Shown one piece after another: positions 1 through 12,664 of a stretch of DNA of 64,000 nucleotides (its first letter is position 1; every line of letters begins with the position of its first letter). This DNA is from Macrostomum hystrix (taxonomy: Eukaryota > Animalia > Platyhelminthes): contig CATNEN010000038.1 of assembly GCA_950097015.1 (NCBI GenBank), positions 18,290,001-18,354,000 of the forward strand, written 5' to 3'. The translations under genes were made by a program, and so were the position numbers. Under the pieces are notes generated by a model. It had not been told where the DNA came from. It worked only from the letters and a program-made list of their open reading frames with translations, and searched no databases.

Positions 1-92
1 CAGTTCTTAGTATAATTCTTAGTATAGTTCTTAATATAGTTCTTAGAATAGTTCTTAGTATGTTTCTTAGAATGCTTCTGAGTATGTTTCTC
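1..92. repeat. End of a ~13-bp tandem repeat (TTCTTAGTATAG-like)
   Basis: About 7 degenerate copies of TTCTTAG(T/A)AT at the window edge. Confidence 0.7.
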
Positions 93-860
93 AATATTCT
101 CCTCTCTTAAAATGAATAACACAATACAATTCTTCCACGAGGCACTCTTTTTATGTCTTGAACACTGACTCTGATTTCTTAAACCACAGAATGCAAGCGC
201 TTTTTTTCGTAGACACACGGTCTCGCGGTTGGGTTTATTTTTCCTCTGCAAGCTGCGGTAATATTTATACAGGCAAATTAGAGTTTGTTTAAAACTTTGA
301 TTTTTACAGAATAATATTCATACAGTATGCATTTAAAACAAAGAGATTCGTAATACACTACTATTGATGCGGTAACAAGTAAAACAGAATTATTTATTTT
401 TTTGCGTATTTTTAACTTTCTAGGTTTTTATGAATATTTTTATGAAACAAAAACGTATCTACACTGTCAATATTATTTGCAGTCATTTGCGAAACGCATT
501 GTTTTCACAAGTCATTTTTCATTTGGAACTTTCTTTGGGAAGTATATTTGCAATCAGTTTCGAATTTAAGCTGTGAACTCTTCATTTTTTATAGAGAACG
601 AAAAAAGCAAAAGAGCTCTGTTCATGTGCTATTTTATTTTTGGCTAGCTATTTTATAACCGTAATTTGGGGCACAGCCTCGCAGAAAATGCTTTGGGGGG
701 CTTATAAGCTCTTTGTGGACAACCCCCAGGATTCTCTGAGAGTACACAGCTGCTTGACGATAAAAAACTGGATAATTTTTACACACCTATTTGTGTGCTC
801 GAATCTACTAAAATGTTTTGTTTCTATGTATCTAAATCTAAACTAAAAGAAATATCGGAT

Positions 861-1118
861 TGAGTGGCATGGCAGAGCGGTTAAGGCGTTTGCCTCTCGC
901 ACCAAGGTCCTGAGCTCGATTCCGCGGCGAAGCCACATTCATTTGGGGCGCAGCCACAGAGAGAAGGCTTGGAGGCTTTGTGTCGCAATTGACGCCCTTG
1001 AGGGCCAACCTCAAAAGAACAGTGAGAGTTTACACTGCCTGACGATGAGAAAGTCAGGGCAGATGTACACACCTGTGTGAGTGTGTGCTCAGGAGTCAGC
1101 GAAATGGGCAGAATTATC
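861..1118 (+). mobile_element. tRNA-derived SINE, family A, copy 1 (3' tail missing)
   Basis: A box TGGCAGAGCGG and B-box-like GCTCGATTCC. Body (GCCCTTGAGGGCCAACCTC...CACTGCCTGACGATGAGAAAGTCAGGGCAG...CAGGAGTCAGCGAAATGGGCAGAATT) recurs at 41225-41615, 43803-44090 and 52666-52921. Confidence 0.85.
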
Positions 1119-1647
1119 TGTCACTAAATAAAATAATTTGAATCATTATTATTTATTAGGTAAAAAACTTTTCTATCGATCAGAAATTTCCCCTAGCGCT
1201 TCACTTCTTCTGACTAAGGTAGAAAAAAATCGAAATTTATGTCTACGTATTACACACGTGAGTATATTCCAGTTTAAATACGATTTTTATATTTGTATGT
1301 AATACAAATTTGTATTAAATAATATATACAAATCTTCTCATGTACCGCCGTAGAGGTAATAACGTCACCAGTAAGCAATGAACTGAGACCAAATTATGTC
1401 GTATTTAAAAGACCATGCGTAAATCTAATCCACATCGTGTCATCATAATACAGTCCAAGGCATTAATTAAGCACAACATGCATTAATAAACCCTAATATA
1501 GTCTTTATAGTGATCAATGCGTCGTGCAGCGACCCATCCACAATGTGTCCTACAGTGGCATGTTGTATTGTATATAGAAACCTATATATGATGGACCGAA
1601 TCACTTTTTCGACTGCTATCAAAAGACGAAACCATTTGGCAAAAATC

Positions 1648-4600
1648 ATGGCGCTATTTTTCTACTGTCTGAATTTTGTCTTGCTGTTTGTGCTCACTGG
1701 TAAGCGAATTTTTACACAGTTCATTCATCCTGTCTGCTGGTACATAATTCTACTAGTACTTTATCTGCGCTGAATTGCATGAGCGTTCAGTCACTGGACA
1801 GATACCAAGTAACTTGCACAAATGAAGGACTGGAAATGCTGTTTGATTAATTTTAGTCTCAAAAAGCGATAAATAATAATTTCAGGTGCTGTCTTGACAA
1901 TTGCTCAAGACACAGGTGGGTCGACTAGAAGTAACACTTTGCCTGATTTTGACACTAGCGCACCTGTAGGCAACAGGGATTCTACAGCTGCACCTGCAGA
2001 GATGAGTGTGACACCTGCCGCTGAGACCTCCGTGACACCTGCCGCTGAGGCCTCCGTGACACCTGCCGCTGAGGCCTCCGTGACACCTGCCGCTAAGACC
2101 ACCGTGACACCTGTTTCTGAGACCACCGTGACACCTGTTGTTGAGACAACCGTGACACCTGTTGCTGAGACCACCGTGACACCTGTTGCTGAGACCACCG
2201 TGACACCTGCCGCTGAGGCCTCCGTGACACCTGCCGCTGAGGCCTCCGTGACACCTGCCGCTAAGACCACCGTGACACCTGTTTCTGAGACCACCGTGAC
2301 ACCTGTTGTTGAGACAACCGTGACACCTGTTGCTGAGACCACCGTGACACCTGGTGCCGTGACACCTGCTGCTGAGACCACCATGGCTACTGCTGAGACC
2401 ACCGTGAGACCTGTTGCTGAGACCACCGTGACACCTGGTTCCGTGACACTTGTTGCTGAGACAACCGTGACACCCGTTGCTGAGACAACCGTGACACCTG
2501 TTGCTGAGACAACCGTGACACCTGTTGCTGAGACCACCGTGACACCTGGTGCCGTGACACTTGTTGCTGAGACAACCGTGACACCTGTTGCTGAGACAAC
2601 CGTGACACCTGTTGCTGAGACCACCGTGACACCTGGTGCCGTGACACTTGTTGCTGAGACAACCGTGACACCTGTTGCTGAGACAACCGTGACACCTGTT
2701 GCTGAGACCACCGTGACACCTGTTGCTGAGACAACCGTGACACCTGTTGCTGAGACCACCGTGACACATGGTGCAGTGACACCTGTTGCTGAGGCCACCG
2801 TGACACCTGTTGCTGAGACCACCGTGACACCTGGTGCAGTGACACCTGTTGCTGAGACAACCGTAACACCTGCTGCTGAGACCACCATGGCTACTGCTGA
2901 GACCACCGTGACACCTGCTGCTGAGACAACCGTGATACCTGTTTCTGAGACCACCGTGACACCTGCCGCTGAAACCACCGTGACACCTGTTGCTGGGACA
3001 ACCGTGACACCTGCTGCAGAGACCACTGCAACACCTGCTGTTGAGACCACTGCAACACCTGCTGTCGAGACCACTGCAACACCTGCTGTCGAAACCACTG
3101 CAATACCTGCTGTCGAGACCACTGCAACACCTGTTGTTGAGACCACTGCAACACCTGCTGTTGAGACCAGTGCAACACCAGCTGTTGAGACCAGTGCAAC
3201 ACCTGCTGTTGAGATAACTGAAACACCTGCTGTTGAGACAACTGCAACACCTGCTGTTGAGACAACTGCAACACCTGTTGTTGAGACCACTGAAACACCT
3301 TCTGCAGAGACCAGTGCAACACCTGTTGATGAGACCACTAAAACACCTGCAGAGACCAGTGCAACACCAGCTGTTGAGACCACCGTGACACCTGTTTCTG
3401 AGACCACCGTAGCACCTGCTGAGACCACCATGGCACCTGCTGAGACTACCATGGCACCTGCTGAGACCACCATGGCACCTGCTGAGACTACCATGGCACC
3501 TGCTGAGACCACCATGGCACCTGCTGAGACTACGTGGACAGCTACTGAGACCACTGACGCACCTGTTGAGACCACCATGACATCCTCAGAGATCACCACG
3601 GGATCTACTAAGACAAACGGAACGGCCACCGCAGAACTACTTCAAGAGACCACTCCTGTTTCGATTTCTAAGAAAAGTTCACCTGCTGAGACCAGTTACG
3701 AGTCATCTGTGAGCAAAGCTATTAGTACGACCCCTGCCTCTGTATGCCAGTCAGGTTACTGTCTTAACAATGGGCAGTGTTCCGTTGCAAATAACAGCAA
3801 TCTAGTTTGCATCTGTAGGCCAGGCTTCTCTGGCAGCCGCTGTGAGAAATGTAAGTTAAGCAGGGATGTTCCTTTTATTGACCTACGTTTCATATCTAAA
3901 AAAAATTCTATATCCGCAGTGGAGCGTTTGTACAATATCTCATTGTCCGCTAACGACGAAAATGGGCGACCCTTGGTGTGGAACGCAATTGTCTATGGCG
4001 ATGCCAGGAGTCCGGCGAGACGGCAACTTGAAGTGCGGCTCTGCGCGGGGGTTAGTAAACCACTCCTAAAAGTGCACTCGCACTCCTGAAAAGTACCCAA
4101 GAAGTACAATCCAACAGAGTACACTCCATAAAAGTACACTACTTAATATTTCACCTATTTTAAGTACAACCCTTATATGTCGAATGTAATGTAACTCTCT
4201 AAAACTACAATCCCTAAATGTACAGTACTTAAAAGTATGATCCTTGAAAATACGATTTTTTAAGTAAACTAGTCAAAAGTGCGCTCCTCAATAGCACAAT
4301 CCTTTAAAGTACATACAGTAACGATAAGAGTACAAAAACGAAATCCTAAAATTTAAATTCCTCAAAAAGTACACTTCTAAAAGTACAACGCCAAAAAGCA
4401 CGCTCCCAAAAGTACACAATGTAAAATTAAATTACCTATAAGTACACTCCTATAAGTACAACGCCTAAAAGTACAGTCCATAAAAGTAACCATTAAAGTA
4501 CAACTCCTAAAGTTACAGCAATGCAGTGCACGGAAAAAATTATTTATATTATGTCGATTTTATGATTCGCTATTTTGAGAGAAATCGACGTACAATCAAT

Positions 4601-5647
4601 TTTTGTTGGCTGTGCTAAAGTAGTAAAGAGACTAGAATTAAAAGAAAATGCTTTTTATCGATTAATTGAAAAATAACATAATTTGCCCCAACCTCATAAC
4701 TGGCAGCTCGAAGAATCGTTAAAGTCATCTGGCAGGCCGACTTTCTCTCAGGCGAGCTACGCGTGCACTCTAACTGCCTGTCGCGAGGGTTCTGTTCGAG
4801 CCGACCTAGACCTAGTGGTGACCTTCCCACTAGCCGACTCAGCCAACGCCGAGTCCGTGGCGCCGGATAAACTACTCACTGCACTGGAGGATGGCATGTC
4901 AACTGGCAATGCTAGCTTTGGCTACGGACTTTCAGCGAAGTGTAAGTACAACTAGAACTGTACGTTGCATTCGACTCGAATGACTTTGAAAATGCTTGAT
5001 CGGAGTAAGTCGGCAAAACATAGCCTGTTATTTTATTAAAATCAGATGGCAATCCTTGTACAAGCAGCGTTGCTCAACTGTGCTCAGCCTATGCCAACTG
5101 TCGTTCGACCGACAACGGAGCCTACGCATGCGCCTGCAGAACCGGCTTTGCTGATTCGAACCCCGGCCTGCCTGGCACCACCTGCAGTCAAATATGTTCA
5201 ATTGACACCTGTCAAGGAAGCAATCGAGTCTGCCTGATGCAACCAACCGATGGCTTGGCTCTGTGCGAGTGCAAGCCAGGGTACTCCGGTTCTACGTGCA
5301 CACAGCAACAGCAGCAGCAGCAGCGACAGGTGCAGTCTTACTCGACAGCATCCAGCGCGGTGATCGGTCTGAGCATCACCTGCGCGGTGCTGTTCCTCCT
5401 GACCATCGCTGTAGGCGTGTCAGCAATCTGCCTGTATCTCAAGCGGTCGCGAGCCAGCCACAGGCACTACCTGTCATCCGTATACCCTGCCAGGGATCCA
5501 GACGAGCTGGGCATGGACGCTGTGTCCCATTGGAGACCACTGGGCGAGGACTGGACTACCGTGTCGCGACATTCGGACCAAACTGACAGCGCGGTGGCTA
5601 CTAGGCGACTGGCGACCGTACAGGTAGACGAGATTAATCGTTTTTAA
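1648..5647 (+). CDS. Membrane-tethered mucin, MUC13-like architecture (signal peptide-PTS repeats-EGF-SEA-EGF-EGF-TM-cytoplasmic tail)
   Basis: Phase-consistent GT-AG exons 1648-1699 (signal MALFFYCLNFVLLFVLT), 1886-3850 (Thr/Pro/Ala/Val/Glu repeats, then EGF CQSGYCLNNGQC..CICRPGFSGSRC), 3920-4050 and 4707-4941 (SEA with REGSVRA cleavage-type motif), and 5046 onward (two EGFs, TM AVIGLSITCAVLFLLTIAVGVSAICLYL). The 3' end is uncertain: stop at 5647, or a donor at 5624 joined to small exons near 5694, 5948 and 6130. Confidence 0.85.
2008..3535 (+). repeat. Coding mucin VNTR: 24-bp (TPVAETTV / TPAVETTA) then 21-bp (APAETTM) units
   Basis: Tandem GTGACACCTGTTGCTGAGACCACC units in frame with the mucin ORF. 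Confidence 0.9.
4065..4520. repeat. Degenerate intronic repeat built on AAAAGTACA
   Basis: AAAGTAC recurs roughly every 20 bp in mucin intron 3. Confidence 0.6.
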
Positions 5648-7196
5648 AAATACACATATAGTCTGAAATGGCAACCTAATATATGTTTGTTAGATGTACA
5701 GACAGTGGCACGGCCGCAACTATTTAAAGGCTTATCCTACGGCTGTGTACCAATCACTGTACGGTATATGTACTGGGGGAAACGCTTGAAATTATCCAGG
5801 GTTTCGCCCTTAGCCAAGGCTAGTACGCATTTAACATCTGAATGAACTAAATACTGTGGGGGCTAGAAATTGCTAGTCTATATAACTAATCAGTGAAAAG
5901 TCTAAATATTAATAAATTAACCATATAAATTATTTTGACATTTTTAGAACTTCGGAATTCCGATTTCATCCTCCGCCTGCCAGCGAATCGGCGCTACCCA
6001 GCCGACGAGTCATTTAAAAACATCAGGTCAGACACAAACTCTGCTACTTGCAGTAAACTAAAGCGCATGTTGTCGAGCGACAAAATTAGTTAGTAAATTA
6101 CAGTCAGCACTTTTTGCAACACATTTTAGATGGCGCCGACAACCTGGGATACGTCTAACTCAAAGTGTGTGTTGTGTCCTTTTTTAGTTTTCATTGAACT
6201 TTTTTAGTATTTAATTCACTACTGATACAGTTCATTTTTGTTATATTCTTAACGAAATTCAGTATTTTAAATGGCGAAAGGTTTTTTATTTGAACTTAAA
6301 ATCATTTAAAAGTCTAGTTTTCTTATCAAAGTATTGTGTACCACTTCCATATTGCGTCAGCCTCTCTAACGCCGTGTCACAATTCATTTTACACTTCAAG
6401 CTGTGCCGCCCTCAAAAAGTTTTACTGTAAACATATTTCAAATGAGATCTATGAATCAGTAAATAAAAACTGTTTTGTGAATTATTTCTTACTTAGTTAT
6501 TCTTCTACACTGTGCATCTAACAAAGGGGTTTAGTGCTAAAAGACAATAATTCTGCCTTAAGTTTAGACAATGAAAAAGGTTATTTCTAGTGTCTAGTAT
6601 GACTAGCTTGTATAGCCCCGTCTCCCCTAGGTGTACAAATGATGCGTGTTGCCCACAGGAAATTACACTCCGGTGAGTAATGACGAGGAGGCGTTATAAA
6701 GAAAGCTGCCAAATAAGTCTGCCGGCCACGAGCGAAGGTGTACAGTCATTCATAAACATATTTTTTTAGAATAGAAACCTGTTTCTTAACCAAGTACGCA
6801 TATTGTACTCTATTGCGAGGTGTATTATCTAGTTTTGCCTCAGTCTCAGACAGCTTATAGCGATAAAGAGGGCACCGCCCACACTCTGCACTTGAGACTG
6901 TCGAATGCCATTCTTTGTGCTTCAACCAGCCCACACAATGACGCTAACAAGATGGCCTGCCGCAGACTGGTGCGACATTGTGGGCGGAAAAAATGCGCCA
7001 TATTCAATGTGGAGTTATGAAATTCCTGTGAAAGTTTGCAATCAAAATACACTGTTTCAAAAGCTTGGTATGTCCGACACGGCAAATAGAAAATCTAGTT
7101 CACTGTAGTTCGCCATGCGTGGGCAAAATAAATTTACAATAAATTGAATTTTTGGCCTTAGAGTGGCTGAAACTGACTAAAAACGATTTAAAATTA

Positions 7197-8730
7197 CTAT
7201 TGATATTTGTGTCTCTTTCCACACACTACTGTACTATTATTGATTGTTTCCAATGGTCGCAGCGCACTGAGCACAGTGCTCACATCTATGGACTCCAGCA
7301 CAGTCGGCTCGAAGGATTCCTGACAGCCGTGCAGGCAGGCGATCATGTCTCCAGCTCGCTCGGGCACCCGGCCGCCGCTGCGCATGAAATGCCTGGTGGC
7401 GCAGAAGGCGACAGCGCGTGGCGAGTAGCCGAATGTGGCAGCCAATCGGAGCGAGTCGAGCTCGGCGAGATCGCGGCGAAGCTTCCTCAGGGCGCGACAA
7501 AACTTTTCAATGTCCGCAGCTAGCTGCTGCTGCTGCTGCTGCTGGCCTTGCTCACTCGCTGCTCTAAAATGTTAGAAGATCGTTATGGGATGATAGGATG
7601 ATTGTGAGGCAGTCATTATTGAGAGGAGGCATCACTGCTTTATGATCTCTGTCGGACCTACAGCTGACTTAGCATAATAAAATCGCGCAGGCGGACAAAA
7701 TAGCAGGCCGGGCTGACAGCTCGATGAATGGTCCAGAACATCGCCGCGTCATCGCCGTCAGAACGTTGACCGGCGACATTCTCCGCAGACACAGCTGCGT
7801 TACAATGAAAGCATCGATAGATTGGGTCTCTCGGTTCGGGCAGAATTTTACCAGCTGATTCCTCTACGCCGTCAGCTGCGACGCTGTAGAAGCCGGCAGC
7901 TGCAGCCGCGGCAGCTGCAGCCACAGCTAGTTGGCACTGGAGATTTCTGCTGAGGCGTCGACTGTAGCTTGTAAAGCTGGGATTAACGGACGCTGTGACA
8001 TTCAGCAGAAGGCAGCCTGGCCAAGTAAAATTAGAAATGGAACACTGAGGGAGACTGTCTCAAGGGTCGCTGATTTGGCTTTTTTCTAATCATTTTAATC
8101 TCACCCCCTTCCTCTCTTATCTCACCCCTTCCTCTCTCATCTCTACCCCTTCCTCTCTCACCTCACCCCCTACTCTCTCATCTCACCCCCAACTCTCTTA
8201 TCTCACCCCTTCCTCTCTCATCTCAGCCCCTTCCTCTCTTATCTCACTCCCTTCCTCTCTCATCTCTACCCCTTCCTCTCTCACCTCACCCCTTCCTCTC
8301 TCATCTCTACCCCTTCCTCTCTCACCTCACCCCTTCCTCTCTCATCTCACTCTCGCATTCTTTATCTTACCATCGTATTCTCCATCGCACCGTCCCACCC
8401 TCTCACTTTCAATCTCACCCTCTCATTGTCCATCTCACCCTCTCACTCTCAATCTCACACTCATTGTCCATCTCACCTTCTTACTCTCAATCTCACCCTC
8501 CCATTCTCCATCTCACCCTCCCACTCTCCATCTTACCCACAATCTCGCCCTCTAATTCTCAACATCTTACCCACAATATAGATCCGGTGACAGTGGCTGG
8601 CATGAAAGAAGACAGTCCTAGCGGCATCGGAGAAGTAGTACATGTCATCAAAGGCTGGCCGAATCGCATTCCAAGCAGTGTCAGCCGCTGACTCAGGCTG
8701 ACTGCAGTCCTGATTAGCCATTAGCTGCAT
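7197..8730 (-). CDS. Atypical inhibitor-of-apoptosis-like protein (one BIR + UBA-like domain, no evident RING), ~293 aa
   Basis: Exons 8730-8571, 8016-7662 and 7563-7197 join in phase 1 and phase 2. BIR features: NPSFTSYSRRL..AAAGFY..CFHC..W..H-RAVSPA-C-YFV. UBA-like segment AATFGYSPRAVAFCATRHFMRSGGRVPERAGDMIACL resembles the XIAP/cIAP MGF-type UBA. Confidence 0.7.
8097..8535. repeat. ~20-bp pyrimidine-rich minisatellite (CTCACCCCTTCCTCTCTCAT) filling intron 1 of the BIR gene
   Basis: Direct tandem copies that decay toward 8535. Confidence 0.85.
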
Positions 8731-8985
8731 TTTAAGGCTGAGTTAATGAAACGTCCTTTAAAAAGCCTTTATTCGACTTCAATCTGTCGGTTCGGTATAG
8801 GGTGTACTGCCAGCCAATCAGCGTTTTTCTACGTATACGGCTCGTAGGCTGATCGTCTTAAATTAGGCAAACTGGCGAATGCCACGTTTCATTAACATAT
8901 TTGCTAAAGTGGTACTCGCAAACAATTTTTTCATGTCGGTTAATTTATGCCGACAAACTTGAATACAACTTACAGTAGGGCGATG

Positions 8986-11744
8986 TGACAGTTGGGACAA
9001 TGGGACAGTAGAGACGATTGGACAGTTGGGACAATGGGACATTTGGGACAATAGAGACGATTGGACAGTTGGGACGATTGGACAGTTGGGACGATTGGAC
9101 AGTTGGGACAATGGGACAGTTGGGACAATGGGACAGTAGAGACGATTGGACAGTTGGGACAATGGGACAGTAGAGACGATTGGACAGTTGGGACAATGGG
9201 ACAGTTGGGACAATGGGACAGTAGAGACGATTGGACAGTTGGGACAATGGGACATTTGGGACAATGGGACAGTAGAGACGATTGGACAGTTGGGACGATT
9301 GGACAGTTGGGACGATTGGACAGTTGGGACGATTGGACAGTTGGGACGATTGGACAGTTGGGACGATTGGACAGTTGGGACGATTGGACAGTTGGGACAA
9401 TGGGACAGTTGGGACAATGGGACAGAAGAGACGATTGGACAGTTGGGACAATGGGACAGTAGAGACGATTGGACAGTTGGGACAATGGGACAGTAGAGAC
9501 GATTGGACAGTTGGGACAATGGGACAGTTGGGACAATGGGACAGTAGAGACGATTGGACAGTTGGGACAATGGGACAGTAGAGACGATTGGACAGTTGGG
9601 ACAATGGGACAGTTGGGACAATGGGACAGTAGAGACGATTGGACAGTTGGGACAATGGGACAGTAGAGACGATTGGACAGTTGGGACAATGGGACAGTAG
9701 AGACGATTGGACAGTTGGGACAATGGGACAGTAGAGACGATTGGACAGTTGGGACAATGGGACAGTAGAGACGATTGGACAGTTGGGACAATGGGACATT
9801 TGGGACAATAGAGACGATTGGACAGTTGGGACGATTGGACAGTTGGGACGATTGGACAGTTGGGACAATGGGACAGTTGGGACAATGGGACAGTAGAGAC
9901 GATTGGACAGTTGGGACAATGGGACAGTAGAGACGATTGGACAGTTGGGACAATGGGACAGTTGGGACAATGGGACAGTAGAGACGATTGGACAGTTGGG
10001 ACAATGGGACATTTGGGACAATGGGACAGTAGAGACGATTGGACAGTTGGGACGATTGGACAGTTGGGACGATTGGACAGTTGGGACGATTGGACAGTTG
10101 GGACGATTGGACAGTTGGGACGATTGGACAGTTGGGACGATTGGACAGTTGGGACAATGGGACAGTTGGGACAATGGGACAGAAGAGACGATTGGACAGT
10201 TGGGACAATGGGACAGTAGAGACGATTGGACAGTTGGGACAATGGGACAGTAGAGACGATTGGACAGTTGGGACAATGGGACAGTTGGGACAATGGGACA
10301 GTAGAGACGATTGGACAGTTGGGACAATGGGACAGTAGAGACGATTGGACAGTTGGGACAATGGGACAGTTGGGACAATGGGACAGTAGAGACGATTGGA
10401 CAGTTGGGACAATGGGACAGTAGAGACGATTGGACAGTTGGGACAATGGGACAGTAGAGACGATTGGACAGTTGGGACAATGGGACAGTAGAGACAATTG
10501 GACAGTTGGGACAATGGGACATTTGGGACAATGGGACAGTAGAGACGATTGGACAGTTGGGACGATTGGACAGTTGGGACGATTGGACAGTTGGGACGAT
10601 TGGACAGTTGGGACGATTGGACAGTTGGGACAATGGGACAGTAGAGACGATTGGACAGTTGGGACAATGGGACAGTTGGGACAATGGGACAGTAGAGACG
10701 ATTGGACAGTTGGGACAATGGGACAGTAGAGACGATTGGACAGTTGGGACAATGGGACAGTTGGGACAATGGGACAGTAGAGACGATTGGACAGTTGGGA
10801 CAATGGGACAGTAGAGACGATTGGACAGTTGGGACAATGGGACAGTAGAGACGATTGGACAGTTGGGACAATGGGACAGTAGAGACGATTGGACAGTTGG
10901 GACAATGGGACAGTAGAGACGATTGGACAGTTGGGACAATGGGACAGTAGAGACGATTGGACAGTTGGGACAATGGGACAGTTGGGACAATGGGACAGTA
11001 GAGACGATTGGACAGTTGGGACAATGGGACAGTAGAGACGATTGGACAGTTGGGACAATGGGACAGTTGGGACAATGGGACAGTAGAGACGATTGGACAG
11101 TTGGGACAATGGGACAGTAGAGACGATTGGACAGTTGGGACAATGGGACAGTTGGGACAATGGGACAGTAGAGACGATTGGACAGTTGGGACAATGGGAC
11201 AGTAGAGACGATTGGACAGTTGGGACAATGGGACAGTAGAGACGATTGGACAGTTGGGACAATGGGACAGTAGAGACGATTGGACAGTTGGGACAATGGG
11301 ACAGTAGAGACGATTGGACAGTTGGGACAATGGGACAGTAGAGACGATTGGACAGTTGGGACAATGGGACAGTTGGGACAATGGGACAGTAGAGACGATT
11401 GGACAGTTGGGACAATGGGACAGTAGAGACGATTGGACAGTTGGGACAATGGGACAGTTGGGACAATGGGACAGTAGAGACGATTGGACAGTTGGGACAA
11501 TGGGACAGTAGAGACGATTGGACAGTTGGGACAATGGGACAGTAGAGACGATTGGACAGTAGAGACGATTGGACAGTTGGGACAATGGGACAGTAGAGAC
11601 GATTGGACAGTTGGGACGATTGGACAGTTGGGACGATTGGACAGTTGGGACAATGGGACAGTTGGGACAATGGGACAGAAGAGACGATTGGACAGTTGGG
11701 ACAATGGTACAGTAGAGACGATTGGACAGTTGGGACAATGGGAC
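8986..11744. repeat. 17-bp variant-unit satellite (GTTGGGACAATGGGACA / GTAGAGACGATTGGACA / GTTGGGACGATTGGACA)
   Basis: About 160 units of three main variants. A 757-bp higher-order duplication is visible from the identical ORFs at 9061 and 9818. Confidence 0.95.
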
Positions 11745-12664
11745 CTACTTTAATGTACCAAACAAAGAACAAACTCAGCATAGGAGCCCGTCAAACAGCA
11801 TCGATGATTTTTATTGGAAACGAAAGTTTATTTGTTAAGTTTTACTAAAAGCGACAGGTTTTGAGTGCGGCGGCTTCTTTGTTTACAGGAAAATAAACAA
11901 AATGTGATTCAGAATTATTTCTTTTCAATTGCGTTGCCGCCGTTTTTTTATATAATAAACTGACCGACAAAAGGAAGAAATTTGGTCCACGCAAATACAA
12001 AAACAAATCAATAATGATCAAGAAGTTGGACAAGTGTCAGTTAAGTTCTGTTTCTTTTGTTGTCTCATATTAAACAGTTAGTTAATTCAAGCCAGATCGA
12101 TAATCTGTAGTGCAGAATCTTAAAGAAAGTGTGAAATAAAACGGTTTGGTATTGACTTTGAGTTTGAAATAATAAGCACGGGCAACCAAAGTACAGGATA
12201 TTTTGTACAAACACAACAGCCACAAACGCGAAAAATAAAAACAATTAAATCCTAAAACTAGGCAACACAAATAGCTTTTATTTGCAGCATTTTTTTCTCA
12301 GCCTTGCTGCTGTAAAACTAAATATAAAAACAAAGCAAGCAGATATTGTGGACAGACGAAACTAGATTTGACAGGAGAGAAGGAAGAATTGATTGATAAA
12401 GAAAATCAATAAAGTACTGAATTGGTTCACCTGTCGTGGCCTATCAGTGTGCCCTGCCTGACTTATTTTTTAGCACAGAAGTCTTTCAATTGTTTGTATT
12501 TATTTATATTTCAAATTTTCTTATTTACAGAAAATAAATTTAAACGCAGATTTGAAAAATAATAATAAAACTGAATTTTTTCCAGACAAGCGCTTAAAAC
12601 ATCTGCCTTTAGGTTAGTCTTCAGTGTTTTAGTAAAGTGGTGTTCAAATTAATGCTGACTCCGA

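Noticed and set aside
1033-1115. Hammerhead ribozyme in SINE family A (CTGACGA...GAAA), by analogy with schistosome Sm-alpha
   Set aside because: CTGAC pairs with the downstream GTCAG as a simple hairpin, and I could not build stems II and III with a cleavage triplet. An Infernal or RNAMotif scan would settle it.
1882-3629. Antisense ORFs over the mucin repeats
   Set aside because: Shadows of the 24-bp coding VNTR. The sense frame has the signal peptide, EGF domain and splice support.
6746-7085. RING exon for the BIR gene (CRTSL..CG, CGRCPLYR)
   Set aside because: The Cys/His ligands are incomplete and split across frames, and I found no consistent splice path.
8863-11848. Three ~920-970-aa Cys/Pro-rich minus-strand ORFs and many short plus-strand ORFs
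   Set aside because: The 17-bp unit has no minus-strand stop, so all three frames are open with the same permuted peptide. This is a satellite artefact.
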